Part shown: positions 36,041-45,125 of the stretch, in pieces
Position numbering within the stretch: position 1 is the first letter of the stretch
How the letters are laid out: each line of letters starts with the position of its first letter
Source of the DNA: Elusimicrobiota bacterium
GTDB taxonomy: Bacteria; Elusimicrobiota; Elusimicrobia; F11
NCBI GenBank assembly: GCA_044221725.1
Contig: JBGAON010000002.1
Location: 1 to 64,000 of the forward strand
Direction: 5' to 3'
DNA: 64,000 nt
Made by a program: the position numbers and the translations under genes
The notes under the pieces: generated by a model
What the model saw: the letters and a program-made list of their open reading frames with translations, nothing else
Told to the model about the DNA's origin: nothing
The model's database searches: none

Positions 36041-37495
36041 ATGGCCGCTGGAAAAATCGAAGAGCTACCGGATTTAAGTGCATTCCAAAATAAGATCAGA
36101 AATGATCCAGCTTTCTTCTTACGTGAATGTTTGGGCCTCCATCCATGGGAAATGGAAATAAAAATCATCGAATCAGTTCGGGACAACCCCAAAACTCTTG
36201 TAGCGGGCTGCGTATCTTCCGGAAAAACCCATGCAACCGCTGGGTTGGTGTTTTGGTGGCTCATGGCTTATGCGCCAATGGCACGTATATTTTGTCTCGC
36301 CCCAACTGAACGCCAACTCAAAATTAACCTCTGGCGTGAAATTCCACGGATGCACAGCGCGTCCAAAGTCAAATTAGGCGGAGAAATGATGCCGCTCTCT
36401 CTCCAGTACCGACTCGGCGATGACTGGTACGCGTTGGGGTTTAGCCCACAGGATGAAATGGGTGTGTTCGGAATTCACGGCCCTCATGATTTGATTGTCA
36501 TTGATGATGCTCAGGGCTTGAAACAGGAAATTTGGGAGGCATTGGAGAATGCCATGGCCGGGGGCACCACACGGCTCCTGGCATCATGCAATCCCGTCGT
36601 GACCAGCGGCGAAATTTACGAGGCCATGACATCGAAGCGAGGAAAATACAATGTCATCCGAATTCCCGCAGGAATCACACCCAATGTTAAAGAAGGAAAA
36701 ATAATTATTCCTGGAATGATTACTAAGGAAACCGTTGACCGCTGGATTCAGGAATATGGAGAGGATTCTGATTTTGTCAGAACGAAAGTGAAAGCCCTTC
36801 TTCCAAAACAGGAACCAGACACGCTTATTCCATTGGATTGGATCGAGGCAGCAATGGAGCGGGAGATCGAAGTTTCAAACGAGTATCCGATTTTGGGAGT
36901 TGATGTCGCTCGATTTGGTGACGATAGAACAGTAATTTTCCCAGTCCACGGGCTTAAAGCAATTGATCCAGTCATACTTCAAGGCGCCGATACCATGGCA
37001 GTGGCAGGAAGAGTCAAATTTGAAATGGAAAACCATAAAGCTGGTGCAGCATTTGTTGATGTCATTGGAATTGGGTCTGGGGTGTGTGATCGGTTAGCGG
37101 AGCAAGGCGTGGTTGTTTATCCTGTGAATGTCGCATCCAAAGCGCGGAACGAAAAGAAGTTCGTTAATTTACGTAGTGAAGTATGGTGGGCTGCACGAGA
37201 AGCATTGGACCCCAAAAACCAAAACATCTATTCCTTGCCCAATAACAAGCACTTGATGGCGGAATTGGCGGCATCCAAGTTTATGGTCGATTCTTCTGGT
37301 CGCATTCGGGTTGAACCCAAAGATGAGATGAAAAAGCGCCTCGGTCACTCACCTGACTTGGCTGATGCGTTCTGCTTGGCGATGTATGGCCGGTTCGTTT
37401 TACAGCTTCAGGCGTATTACGCTTCGGACCTTGAGGATGGAGATTCTTTTATTGATTTGGATGGAGTGTCACCGTCCTCAATTGTTTTTTCTTAG
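36041..37495 (+). CDS. Phage terminase large subunit
   Basis: Walker A GCVSSGKT, APTERQ, Walker B IVIDDA, CNP coupling motif, RNase H nuclease LGVDVAR.GDD and SPDLADA. Confidence 0.9.
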   Translation: MAAGKIEELPDLSAFQNKIRNDPAFFLRECLGLHPWEMEIKIIESVRDNPKTLVAGCVSSGKTHATAGLVFWWLMAYAPMARIFCLAPTERQLKINLWREIPRMHSASKVKLGGEMMPLSLQYRLGDDWYALGFSPQDEMGVFGIHGPHDLIVIDDAQGLKQEIWEALENAMAGGTTRLLASCNPVVTSGEIYEAMTSKRGKYNVIRIPAGITPNVKEGKIIIPGMITKETVDRWIQEYGEDSDFVRTKVKALLPKQEPDTLIPLDWIEAAMEREIEVSNEYPILGVDVARFGDDRTVIFPVHGLKAIDPVILQGADTMAVAGRVKFEMENHKAGAAFVDVIGIGSGVCDRLAEQGVVVYPVNVASKARNEKKFVNLRSEVWWAAREALDPKNQNIYSLPNNKHLMAELAASKFMVDSSGRIRVEPKDEMKKRLGHSPDLADAFCLAMYGRFVLQLQAYYASDLEDGDSFIDLDGVSPSSIVFS

Positions 37496-37711
37496 ACGGG
37501 TAGCTCTCGAAGCTACCACGCAAACAAGTAGAGTCTTCCAGAAACAATTGGAATTTAGCGACTTTGAGAATTTAACAGAATCCTGTTACAAGGATGTGTT
37601 CGTTTTTCTGATCAACTCTCGAACATTGATAACCTTGGGTAATTCATACTTTCAATTCTAAAATCCAGGATAACTCTTGATTGTGATGTGGTTTCCTGCA
37701 AAAATAACCCA

Positions 37712-37969
37712 ATGAAGAAATGGATTCCCTTATTCTTGTTCTTGGTGTTCGCGCATGACATCGCCATCGATGCCTTCGACGCTGATTGCCAAGATAAAGC
37801 GGGAGCTGTGTGTCACACTTGCGTTTGTCAGACCCACTTCGTCAATCCAGTTATTGGCACTCAGCAAAAACTATCGGTTTCAACTGAGTACGCTCCTGCT
37901 CCCGAACCTATTTTAGCCTTCAAAGATTTCTCCAAGTCTCTTTTCCGCCCTCCTAAAGCTCTCGCCTAA
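37712..37969 (+). CDS. Small secreted CxxC protein with C-terminal RPP; putative DUF2946/CruR-like arrest leader
   Basis: Signal peptide, CHTCVC, ...SLFRPPKALA; directly upstream of tolC-czcA. Confidence 0.65.
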   Translation: MKKWIPLFLFLVFAHDIAIDAFDADCQDKAGAVCHTCVCQTHFVNPVIGTQQKLSVSTEYAPAPEPILAFKDFSKSLFRPPKALA

Positions 37970-38060
37970 TCGACCGTCACGGCGGTCCATCCCAACAATA
38001 GTTTGAAATTCAGCCCATCGATATTTGTCGATGGAGAAGTGTTTTATCTTAGGAGTTTCC

Positions 38061-39326
38061 ATGCGAAATCTATTTGCACGTCATGTCATATTTTTTCTGT
38101 CGTTGTTTTTGTTCATAGTTACGTTTATTAGTGCAGCCGAGCCGGTTTACACGATTCCCCAAGTGGTATCGATGGCTCTGAAAGAGAACCCTCTTCTTAT
38201 TTCTGAGTCGGCGCGTGTAGAGGAGAAACGATTGGCTGGAAGCCAATCAAGAAACTGGTCTGGCCCGTCTGTGGAGGTGGCCGCCGGTCAGCGTAAAGAC
38301 GAAAGCAATTCCGGATCCCGTTTCGAGGCGGCTATTTCCCAACCATTGCCGTTGTCAGGAAAGCAGGGCCTTCGTGGTCGTTTGCTTGATTTGGAATCCG
38401 AGTCTTGGAAAGCCCAGCGAGCCGCATCGGAGGCGATGATCACCTTGAACGTCGTTCGCCTTTCCTTTGAATATGCGATCAACCGGCGTCTGGCGAATTT
38501 TGTCGTTATGCGTCAAAAGCGGTTTTCACTCATCAAGTCCTATATGGAAGGCCGCGTGTTTCCATCTCCTCAAAAGAAAGCAGAAAGCCGCATTGTCCAA
38601 AATCGCATGAATACCCTCCTGTCTGCAGCGTTGCAATCCCAGGCAAGTTATCGAGCCTCATTTGAAGACCTTCGCGTCTACGCCCCCATGGAATCGGGAA
38701 TCTATCCTGAAATAAATATTCCATGGTATGCAGGGTCAAAAAATCTCGACGCTTCCGATGGATTGGAAAAAGCTCTCAAGAATAATCCCGATCTCCGTTT
38801 AAGAGAATTATCGGTCAAAAGCACTGAGATAGAAAAAGCACTGGCCTCAAAAGAACGATGGCCGGACACTGCATTAATCGCCTCCTATGAAGAAGGAAAA
38901 GCAACGGAGAAGGAAACAAACACGGGGGTAGGGATCGGGCTTGAATTCCCCTATTGGAATGGAAACCGGTCTGGATTAAAAAGCTTAGAGAAAAAGAAGA
39001 TTGCAGAACAAGGATTACGTGATCTTCAGGAGCGGCAAATAAAAGCTGATTTGCCTCGGGCGCTGATTGAGTTCGAGGCCGCTCGAAGCGCAGTAAAAGA
39101 ATACCCCGAATCGTTACTCAATGAAATCGAAACGAATCTCCGTGGGTCGGAGGAAGGATTTCGAAAAGGCCAGGTGGATCTTCTGACATTTTTGGAATTA
39201 GACGATTCCTCGGCTGAAACCTATCGCCACATCCTTGAAGCACAGATGAATTATGTGACGAAAGCAACAGAGCTTTTACGCTTAACCGGTGAGCAAGACA
39301 TCCTCGCCCGCCTTGAGTCCTTGTAA
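38061..39326 (+). CDS. TolC/CzcC family outer-membrane efflux protein
   Basis: ALKENP, ISQPLPLSGK, ALKNNPDL, FRKGQVDLL; SD AGGAG. Confidence 0.88.
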   Translation: MRNLFARHVIFFLSLFLFIVTFISAAEPVYTIPQVVSMALKENPLLISESARVEEKRLAGSQSRNWSGPSVEVAAGQRKDESNSGSRFEAAISQPLPLSGKQGLRGRLLDLESESWKAQRAASEAMITLNVVRLSFEYAINRRLANFVVMRQKRFSLIKSYMEGRVFPSPQKKAESRIVQNRMNTLLSAALQSQASYRASFEDLRVYAPMESGIYPEINIPWYAGSKNLDASDGLEKALKNNPDLRLRELSVKSTEIEKALASKERWPDTALIASYEEGKATEKETNTGVGIGLEFPYWNGNRSGLKSLEKKKIAEQGLRDLQERQIKADLPRALIEFEAARSAVKEYPESLLNEIETNLRGSEEGFRKGQVDLLTFLELDDSSAETYRHILEAQMNYVTKATELLRLTGEQDILARLESL

Positions 39327-39336
39327 GGAGACCCAA

Positions 39337-42300
39337 ATGAAAACACGAATTTTGGAATGGACGTTAAAAAATAGAATCGGAGTTACATTGTTTTTTGCGT
39401 TGGGAGCGGGAATTGGTCTTTATGCTCTCACCACGTTACCGGTAGATGCAGTGCCAGACATTACACCAGTGCAAGTCATGGTGAACACAAAAACCAAAGC
39501 GCTCGATCCTGAGCAAGCCGAGAAAACCGTTTCCTTCCCTATCGAAACTGAGATGAGTGGGATTGCGCACGTCAAAGAAGTCCGATCTCTTTCTAAGTAT
39601 GGGCTTTCTCAGGTCGTCATAAATTTTGAGGACGGCACAAATATTTACTGGGCGAGACAGCAAGTATCGGAACGGCTTCAAAGCGTTCAGGGTGAGTTGC
39701 CTGAAGGGTTATCGCCAGAGTTGGCTCCGATAACAACGGGACTGGGAGAAGTGGTGATGTATGTGGTTCAAGCAAAACCTGGGACCATTTTGGCGGAAAA
39801 GCCGGAAAAAGAACGGCTCCTATATCTCCGAACCATTCAGGATTTCGTTATTGCTCCTACCCTTAAAAGATCGGTTAAGAACGTGGCAGAAGTAGATTCA
39901 ACCGGTGGGTATAAAAAGGAAATTCACATCGAGATTTTCCCGAAAAAATTGGAAACACATGGCTTGAGCATTGAACAAGTGGTTGAACGCCTGGAAGGAC
40001 TTGGCGAGAATTTTGGAGGAGGTTACATTCAGCCTGGTGGTAAACAAGTGATTGTACGAACGTCAGGACGGCTCCATGATTTGAAAAGTATTGGCACTCT
40101 TTCCGTTAAATTAGACGTGAGCGGCAGGCCTATTCCACTTTCGAGCGTGGCGGAAATTCGTGAGGATTATTCTCAGCGAATGGGCGGCGCGACGTATGAC
40201 GGTAAAGAAACGGTCTTGGGAACCGTGCTGATGTTAAGCGGCGCAAACTCAAGACAAGTGGCGATAGATACCGAGCAAGCACTTAAGGATGTCGCTCTGC
40301 CTGCCGACGTAGAGACGAAGCTTCTCTACAGTCGAAGTTATCTCGTTAACGCGACCCTAAAAACCGTGGCGAAGAATTTGGCGGAAGGTGCCGCTCTTGT
40401 GATCGTGATTCTCCTTTTAATTTTGGGGAATTTCCGAGCGGCGGTGTTTGTGTCTTTGGCCATTCCATTGTCGATGTTATTTGGCGTGATAGGAATGAAA
40501 TGGTTGGGAATCTCAGCGAGTCTTATGAGTTTAGGTGCTGTAGATTTTGGACTTCTCGTGGATGGCGCAGTGGTCATGATTGAAAACGCTCTTCGTCGTT
40601 TGGAAGAGCATCAAGGGCCGCTTGATCATGAAAAGAGATTCAAACTGATTCTGGACTCGGCTTCCGAGGTGATCAAGCCAGTTGGTCTTGGCCTTCTCAT
40701 TATCATGCTTGTATATGTTCCGATCCTTTCGTTGGAAGGAATCGAAGGGAAGCTTTATCATCCGATGGCCGTCACGGTGCTGATGGCGCTCGGTGCATCG
40801 CTTCTCGTTGCCGTATTCCTCATGCCGGTTCTCGCTTACTTTTTCTTGCGTCCTCCCAAAGGCGGCGGAAAGGAAGAGAAATTTGTTTATCGATCCTTAA
40901 AAAACCTCTATCAGCCCGTTTTGGATCAGAGTTTGGCTCGGCCTTGGCTGGCATTAGTCCCTTCGATAATTCTTATCGTTGTTGCACTATTTATCTTTCA
41001 ACGACTGGGAGGAGATTTCATGCCGCCGCTTGATGAAGGCGACATGGTTATCAATCTAACGAGAGAGTCGGATATTGGTGTTGACGCATCTCTTGAAATG
41101 CAAGGAAAGAGTGATGCCGTGATCAAACAATTCAGCGAGGTAGAGCACGTTTTCTCGCGCATCGGAACGCCAGAATCAGCGACCGATCCGATGGGTGTAC
41201 ATCTTGCGGATACGTTCGTGATTCTTAAGAAGAACCATTCTCTATGGAAGAAAAATTCCGATGGAAAAGTTCGATCGAAAAAAGAACTTTACGATGCCAT
41301 TAAAGATGCGTTGGAAAAAGAAATCACTGGTCAAGATGTGAATGAAAACCAACCAATCGAAATGCGATTCAGTGAAATTATGGAAGGAAGCCGAGCGGAT
41401 GTCACATTAAGGATCTATGGGAAAGATCTTCCTGTCCTCCTTGGGTTGCTTGAGAAGTCGATCTCCATCCTCAAAGATGTTCCTGGAACAGAAGCAGTCG
41501 AGATGGACGCTTTGACGGCGCTCCGAAAAAGTCCTGTGTTAAGTGCTGAGCCGAATTACACGGCTATTGCTCGATATGGACTTGATGTTCATCATGTGAA
41601 CCGGCTCTTGGAAGCCGCGATGGGTGGAAAGGAAGTGGGAAGCTTCTACGAGCATCAATGGCGGTTTCCTATCGTTCTCCGAGTTGAAGAGGAAAGCCGT
41701 GAGAATATTGAAACCATTAAGTCTCTTCCAGTTGGATTGCCGGATGGAGGCACCATTCCGCTTCACAAAGTAGCCAACTTTGAACGGACGGAGGAAGTAA
41801 CCACCATCGCTCACGATTACTCACAGCGGTATGCCGCAGTGGCCGTGTTTCTTTCGGGGCGGGACATTCAAAGTTATGTAAAGGAAGCACGTAAGGTAAT
41901 TGGAGATAAATTGGATCTTCCCGAAGGGTACAGCATCAGTTGGGGTGGTCAATTTAAAAATCTCGAACGTGCTCGAAAACGCTTGGCTCTTATTGTGCCG
42001 CTGGTATTAATTGGGATACTTGTCATTCTCTGGCGTGCGTTCGGAAGTTTTTCACAGGCGATGCTAGTTTACACTGCTGTTCCGCTCGCGATGACTGGCG
42101 GCGTTTTCGCATTGGCGATGAGAGGCATTCCCTTGAGTGTTTCGGCATCCGTTGGATTTATCGCTCTAATGGGGATTGCGATTTTAAATAGCATGGTGCT
42201 TGTCAGCTTTTTCAATCAACTCCGATTAAAGGGTATGACCGCGCATCAATCCGCTAGAGAGGGAGCGTTAACACGATTGCGGCCTGTGGCGATGACGGCG

Positions 42301-42471
42301 CTTGTCGCCAGCCTTGGGTTTGTGCCGATGGCTTTGAATACCGGCATCGGTGCCGAAGTTCAACGCCCGTTGGCAACGGTTGTAATTGGCGGACTTGTAA
42401 CATCAACTTTGTTGACACTCATTCTAGTCCCTGCGCTTTATAAATTGTTTGGAGGAAAACAGCATGAATAA
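39337..42471 (+). CDS. czcA: Heavy-metal RND efflux pump, CzcA/CusA family
   Basis: DAVPDIT, MSLGAVDFGLLVDGAVVMIEN (CzcA-type DFG..DG..VEN), RLRPVAMT, EVQRPLATVVIGG. Confidence 0.9.
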   Translation: MKTRILEWTLKNRIGVTLFFALGAGIGLYALTTLPVDAVPDITPVQVMVNTKTKALDPEQAEKTVSFPIETEMSGIAHVKEVRSLSKYGLSQVVINFEDGTNIYWARQQVSERLQSVQGELPEGLSPELAPITTGLGEVVMYVVQAKPGTILAEKPEKERLLYLRTIQDFVIAPTLKRSVKNVAEVDSTGGYKKEIHIEIFPKKLETHGLSIEQVVERLEGLGENFGGGYIQPGGKQVIVRTSGRLHDLKSIGTLSVKLDVSGRPIPLSSVAEIREDYSQRMGGATYDGKETVLGTVLMLSGANSRQVAIDTEQALKDVALPADVETKLLYSRSYLVNATLKTVAKNLAEGAALVIVILLLILGNFRAAVFVSLAIPLSMLFGVIGMKWLGISASLMSLGAVDFGLLVDGAVVMIENALRRLEEHQGPLDHEKRFKLILDSASEVIKPVGLGLLIIMLVYVPILSLEGIEGKLYHPMAVTVLMALGASLLVAVFLMPVLAYFFLRPPKGGGKEEKFVYRSLKNLYQPVLDQSLARPWLALVPSIILIVVALFIFQRLGGDFMPPLDEGDMVINLTRESDIGVDASLEMQGKSDAVIKQFSEVEHVFSRIGTPESATDPMGVHLADTFVILKKNHSLWKKNSDGKVRSKKELYDAIKDALEKEITGQDVNENQPIEMRFSEIMEGSRADVTLRIYGKDLPVLLGLLEKSISILKDVPGTEAVEMDALTALRKSPVLSAEPNYTAIARYGLDVHHVNRLLEAAMGGKEVGSFYEHQWRFPIVLRVEEESRENIETIKSLPVGLPDGGTIPLHKVANFERTEEVTTIAHDYSQRYAAVAVFLSGRDIQSYVKEARKVIGDKLDLPEGYSISWGGQFKNLERARKRLALIVPLVLIGILVILWRAFGSFSQAMLVYTAVPLAMTGGVFALAMRGIPLSVSASVGFIALMGIAILNSMVLVSFFNQLRLKGMTAHQSAREGALTRLRPVAMTALVASLGFVPMALNTGIGAEVQRPLATVVIGGLVTSTLLTLILVPALYKLFGGKQHE

Positions 42472-42889
42472 TTGGATTCTTTATGCAGTAGGAGCCGCCG
42501 TTCTTTATGGGCTCCATCAAGTCTTCACAAAATTAGCATCACCCCACATCGGCGATGGTGTTGGAGGTTTTATTGTGGAGGCGACGGCGGCACTTACTAT
42601 TGCCGTTTATTTAATTGGGCTAAAGCTTGCTGGGAAGTGGGATCAGGGAATTTCAACACAAGGAATTGCATATTCGGCGTTGACCGGCCTTTGCGTTGGG
42701 GTCGGGACCATTTTCTTTTTCCTGCTTTTTCAAAAGGGCGGGCCGTTGTCCGCAGTTCCCATGGTTCTGGCCGGAGGAGCAGCGATCATGGCCATTATCG
42801 GTATTGTCTTTTTTAAAGAACCAGTTAGCATGTTTCGGGTTGCCGGAATTGGTTTTGCCGTGGTTGGTTTGGTTCTTTTACGTTATTAA
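42464..42889 (+). CDS. EamA/DMT family small transporter
   Basis: 5 TM helices, FFKEP motif. Confidence 0.8.
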   Translation: MNNWILYAVGAAVLYGLHQVFTKLASPHIGDGVGGFIVEATAALTIAVYLIGLKLAGKWDQGISTQGIAYSALTGLCVGVGTIFFFLLFQKGGPLSAVPMVLAGGAAIMAIIGIVFFKEPVSMFRVAGIGFAVVGLVLLRY

Positions 42890-42894
42890 ATCCG

Positions 42895-43125
42895 ATGGAT
42901 AATCTCACTCTTTTTGGCCTATTCGCGGTTTCATCCATGCTTATATGTTATGCGCTTGAGAAGCGCAGTCCATGGTTTATCCTGGGATTCGCCGTTGCCT
43001 GTGCGTTGGGGTCGATTTATGGATTTCTTCAGGGGGCCTGGCCGTTTGGAGTCGTAGAAGCGATATGGTCGGTCGTTGCAATGAAACGATGGTGGTCGAC
43101 TAAGAGGACTGGTACTGATCAGTAA
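42895..43125 (+). CDS. Small 3-TM membrane protein
   Basis: YALE, YGFLQGAWPFGVVEAIW. Confidence 0.8.
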   Translation: MDNLTLFGLFAVSSMLICYALEKRSPWFILGFAVACALGSIYGFLQGAWPFGVVEAIWSVVAMKRWWSTKRTGTDQ

Positions 43126-43235
43126 TCCGATTATTGTCGAAATACGGTACTGAAATTCCCATCGAAAACCTCTCGAATTTCGCTACAACCAATGCGTGGG
43201 GTAAATCAGCTCGGTAGCACTCAAAGTCACTAAGC
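43115..43235 (+). pseudogene. Relic att site: 19-bp motif plus decayed 5' half of tRNA-fMet
   Basis: Motif 17/19 at 43115; 43195-43235 matches tRNA nt 1-41 at 26/41 ungapped, 80 bp after the motif, the same offset as 44675 to 44755. Confidence 0.7.
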
Positions 43236-43250
43236 TATTATTTTATCGCG

Positions 43251-43709
43251 CTAGCAGCATCCGCTGCCGGACTTAATCGGTATCGCACCAGCCTTAGGTT
43301 GCCCACACGCCTCTTTGGCCAAGCAATCAGTATGTTTGTACCCAAGTTGCAGAACGACTTCTGCCTCCGTCACCTTGGCTCCAGTTACCGGATATTGGGA
43401 AATAACACCGCGCTCATACTCTACTTCGAGCGGAAGCTGATCCACTGGGATGATGCTCTCGGATAGCTTAAGGATTTTGCCGAGCTTGGCAGAGGAGAGT
43501 CTGTGATCGACGTCGGAACCGAGCCAAGTTTGAAGAACGCATGCCGTAGTCGATCGAGCCTTTCCGCCGCAATCGATAAACGTTTTCGTCACTTGCCCAA
43601 CTTCGGTTACATGGAATGATTCGGGGACACTTGTGCCATCGTTGAGTTGAATCCGTAACGCTCGATCTGGAATTTCTGAAAGGAGTATCTTCAATTCATT
43701 TAATTGCAT
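43251..43709 (-). CDS. DUF6428-like arsenic-operon protein
   Basis: FHVTEVG...FIDCGG, LEVEY, HTDCLA, C-terminal GSGCC. Confidence 0.8.
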   Translation of the reverse strand: MQLNELKILLSEIPDRALRIQLNDGTSVPESFHVTEVGQVTKTFIDCGGKARSTTACVLQTWLGSDVDHRLSSAKLGKILKLSESIIPVDQLPLEVEYERGVISQYPVTGAKVTEAEVVLQLGYKHTDCLAKEACGQPKAGAIPIKSGSGCC

Positions 43710-43711
43710 GG

Positions 43712-44170
43712 TTATTTGCCTCCCACCGGAACTCCGCTACTGATCATCTTGATGAATTCGATGACCTTCGCCTCAATTTCCTTGCGCACTCCGATTGTGC
43801 GGGTCAATTTTTCCTCGTGAGTTCCTTGGAAGCTCGATGGGTCCGCAAAACTCCAATGGATGCGTTTCGTGACCCCTGGGAATATAGGGCATCGCTCGGC
43901 GCTTGTTTCATCGCATACCGTGATGACATAGTGAAGCATCCTGCCTTCCTTAAACAAATCAAACACCCTTTTGGTTGGGTTCTTAGAAATATCGATCCCT
44001 ATATCGGCCATGGCCTCGATAGCGAGAGGATTTAGCTTACCTGGCTCAAGGCCAGCGCTTTCCACTTCAAAATCATCACCGCCAAATTTCTTAAGTAGCG
44101 CCTCTGCCATTTGGCTTCGCGCAGAGTTGTGAATACAGACAAACAGAACCTTCGTTTTCTTTTTTTGCAT
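43712..44170 (-). CDS. arsC: Thioredoxin-dependent arsenate reductase (LMWPTP fold)
   Basis: CIHNSARSQMAE, ITVCD....E.CP.FP, HWSF.DP; SD AGGAGG. Confidence 0.92.
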   Translation of the reverse strand: MQKKKTKVLFVCIHNSARSQMAEALLKKFGGDDFEVESAGLEPGKLNPLAIEAMADIGIDISKNPTKRVFDLFKEGRMLHYVITVCDETSAERCPIFPGVTKRIHWSFADPSSFQGTHEEKLTRTIGVRKEIEAKVIEFIKMISSGVPVGGK

Positions 44171-44204
44171 AGCTCCTCCTAAATTAACCGCCATCGACAC
44201 CGTC

Positions 44205-44224
44205 ATATTCGCTTACACAGATAT
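44205..44224. promoter_or_regulatory. Putative second ArsR operator upstream of arsC
   Basis: ATATTCGCTTACACAGATAT, 15/20 identical to 44589-44608. Confidence 0.55.
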
Positions 44225-44242
44225 ACTCATCAAAAAAAGGGG

Positions 44243-44590
44243 TTAGCAGCATCCGAACTTCCGGCAATCCAAACCTTTTAAAATCTTTTTGTCCTTCGCG
44301 AAGATCGGCGCATCTTCCAAACAGTCGCCGATGCAGGCCAACAGACCCTTATGAAAGGTTCCAGTGGGTTTGGCCAATGAGTAGTAAATCCATTGGCCTT
44401 CCCGCGTGGTTTCAACCAGTCCGTGCCGGCGTAGATAGGCCAGGTGACGTGAAATTTTAGGCTGGGGTGCCTTAATGACGGACATGATGTCGCAGACACA
44501 AAGCTGGCCGTTTGAGAGTAGACTCAAAATACGGAGGCGAGTCTCATCAGCGAAAGCTTTTAGAAGGTTGTTTGGGGAATCGTTGCTCAT
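44243..44590 (-). CDS. arsR: ArsR/SmtB repressor
   Basis: ADETRLRIL, LCVCD, QPKISRHL, REGQWIYYSL, C-terminal CC. Confidence 0.93.
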   Translation of the reverse strand: MSNDSPNNLLKAFADETRLRILSLLSNGQLCVCDIMSVIKAPQPKISRHLAYLRRHGLVETTREGQWIYYSLAKPTGTFHKGLLACIGDCLEDAPIFAKDKKILKGLDCRKFGCC

Positions 44591-44608
44591 ATTCGTTTAG
44601 GCGAATAT
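44589..44608. promoter_or_regulatory. ArsR operator palindrome at the arsR start
   Basis: ATATTCG-N6-CGAATAT perfect inverted repeat overlapping the start codon. Confidence 0.7.
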
Positions 44609-44674
44609 ACAAATCCAACATTAAAGAGGCAAGATCGGTTATTTGGCTACCATTAGCTGCTTTTCGAGGCATTC

Positions 44675-44693
44675 CCGATCAGTAATCCGATCA
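44675..44693 (+). repeat. 19-bp motif reference copy CCGATCAGTAATCCGATCA
   Basis: Two CCGATCA heptamers at 12-bp period, 80 bp before the second tRNA. Confidence 0.8.
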
Positions 44694-44754
44694 GTCGCAA
44701 AATCACCTTCGAAAAACCTCCTCGAAAGTGACTCAAAATAAATTACAATCAGTC

Positions 44755-44831
<77 letters not shown>

Positions 44832-44841
44832 TTTCCAAAAG

Positions 44842-45102
44842 GGTCCTGCCCGAGCCTGGCGGTAACAGAAAGTACCGATCACATGGGTTACACTATTTTC
44901 GCAGCGAAGGGATACGGTAGCGGCTCGAACCTTCTGCTCGTTTCATCAAAGTAGCCCAGATCATACTCCATAAAGCTGACCAACCAGATTCTGTCCCGAA
45001 CTTCGGGTGCGGACGTTGTGTATTGAACTCTTCGATATGTTCTCTCGAAACCTCGAAGGAGTTTGCCGTTGACGTTGTATCCAACCCGACTCTTATCCGA
45101 CA
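44842..45102 (-). mobile_element. Internally deleted IS481-family remnant
   Basis: Peptide EVRDRIWLVSFMEYDLGYFD...PLPYPFAAK resembles IS481 transposase C-termini; end repeats TGTAACCCATGTG../TGTTACC; the other end begins TGTCGGATAAG. Confidence 0.7.
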
Positions 45103-45125
45103 TAAGAGCTGGTATAATTAGCCCA

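Noticed and set aside
37499..37514. GGTAGCTCTCGAAGCT, a 14/16 match to the tRNA D/anticodon stem right after terL
   Set aside because: Short enough to arise by chance in an 18-kb island, no arm motif at the 80-bp offset, and also explained as a simple hairpin
37365..37661. 98-aa ORF after terL as a portal remnant
   Set aside because: Overlaps terL, has no SD and shows no recognisable portal features
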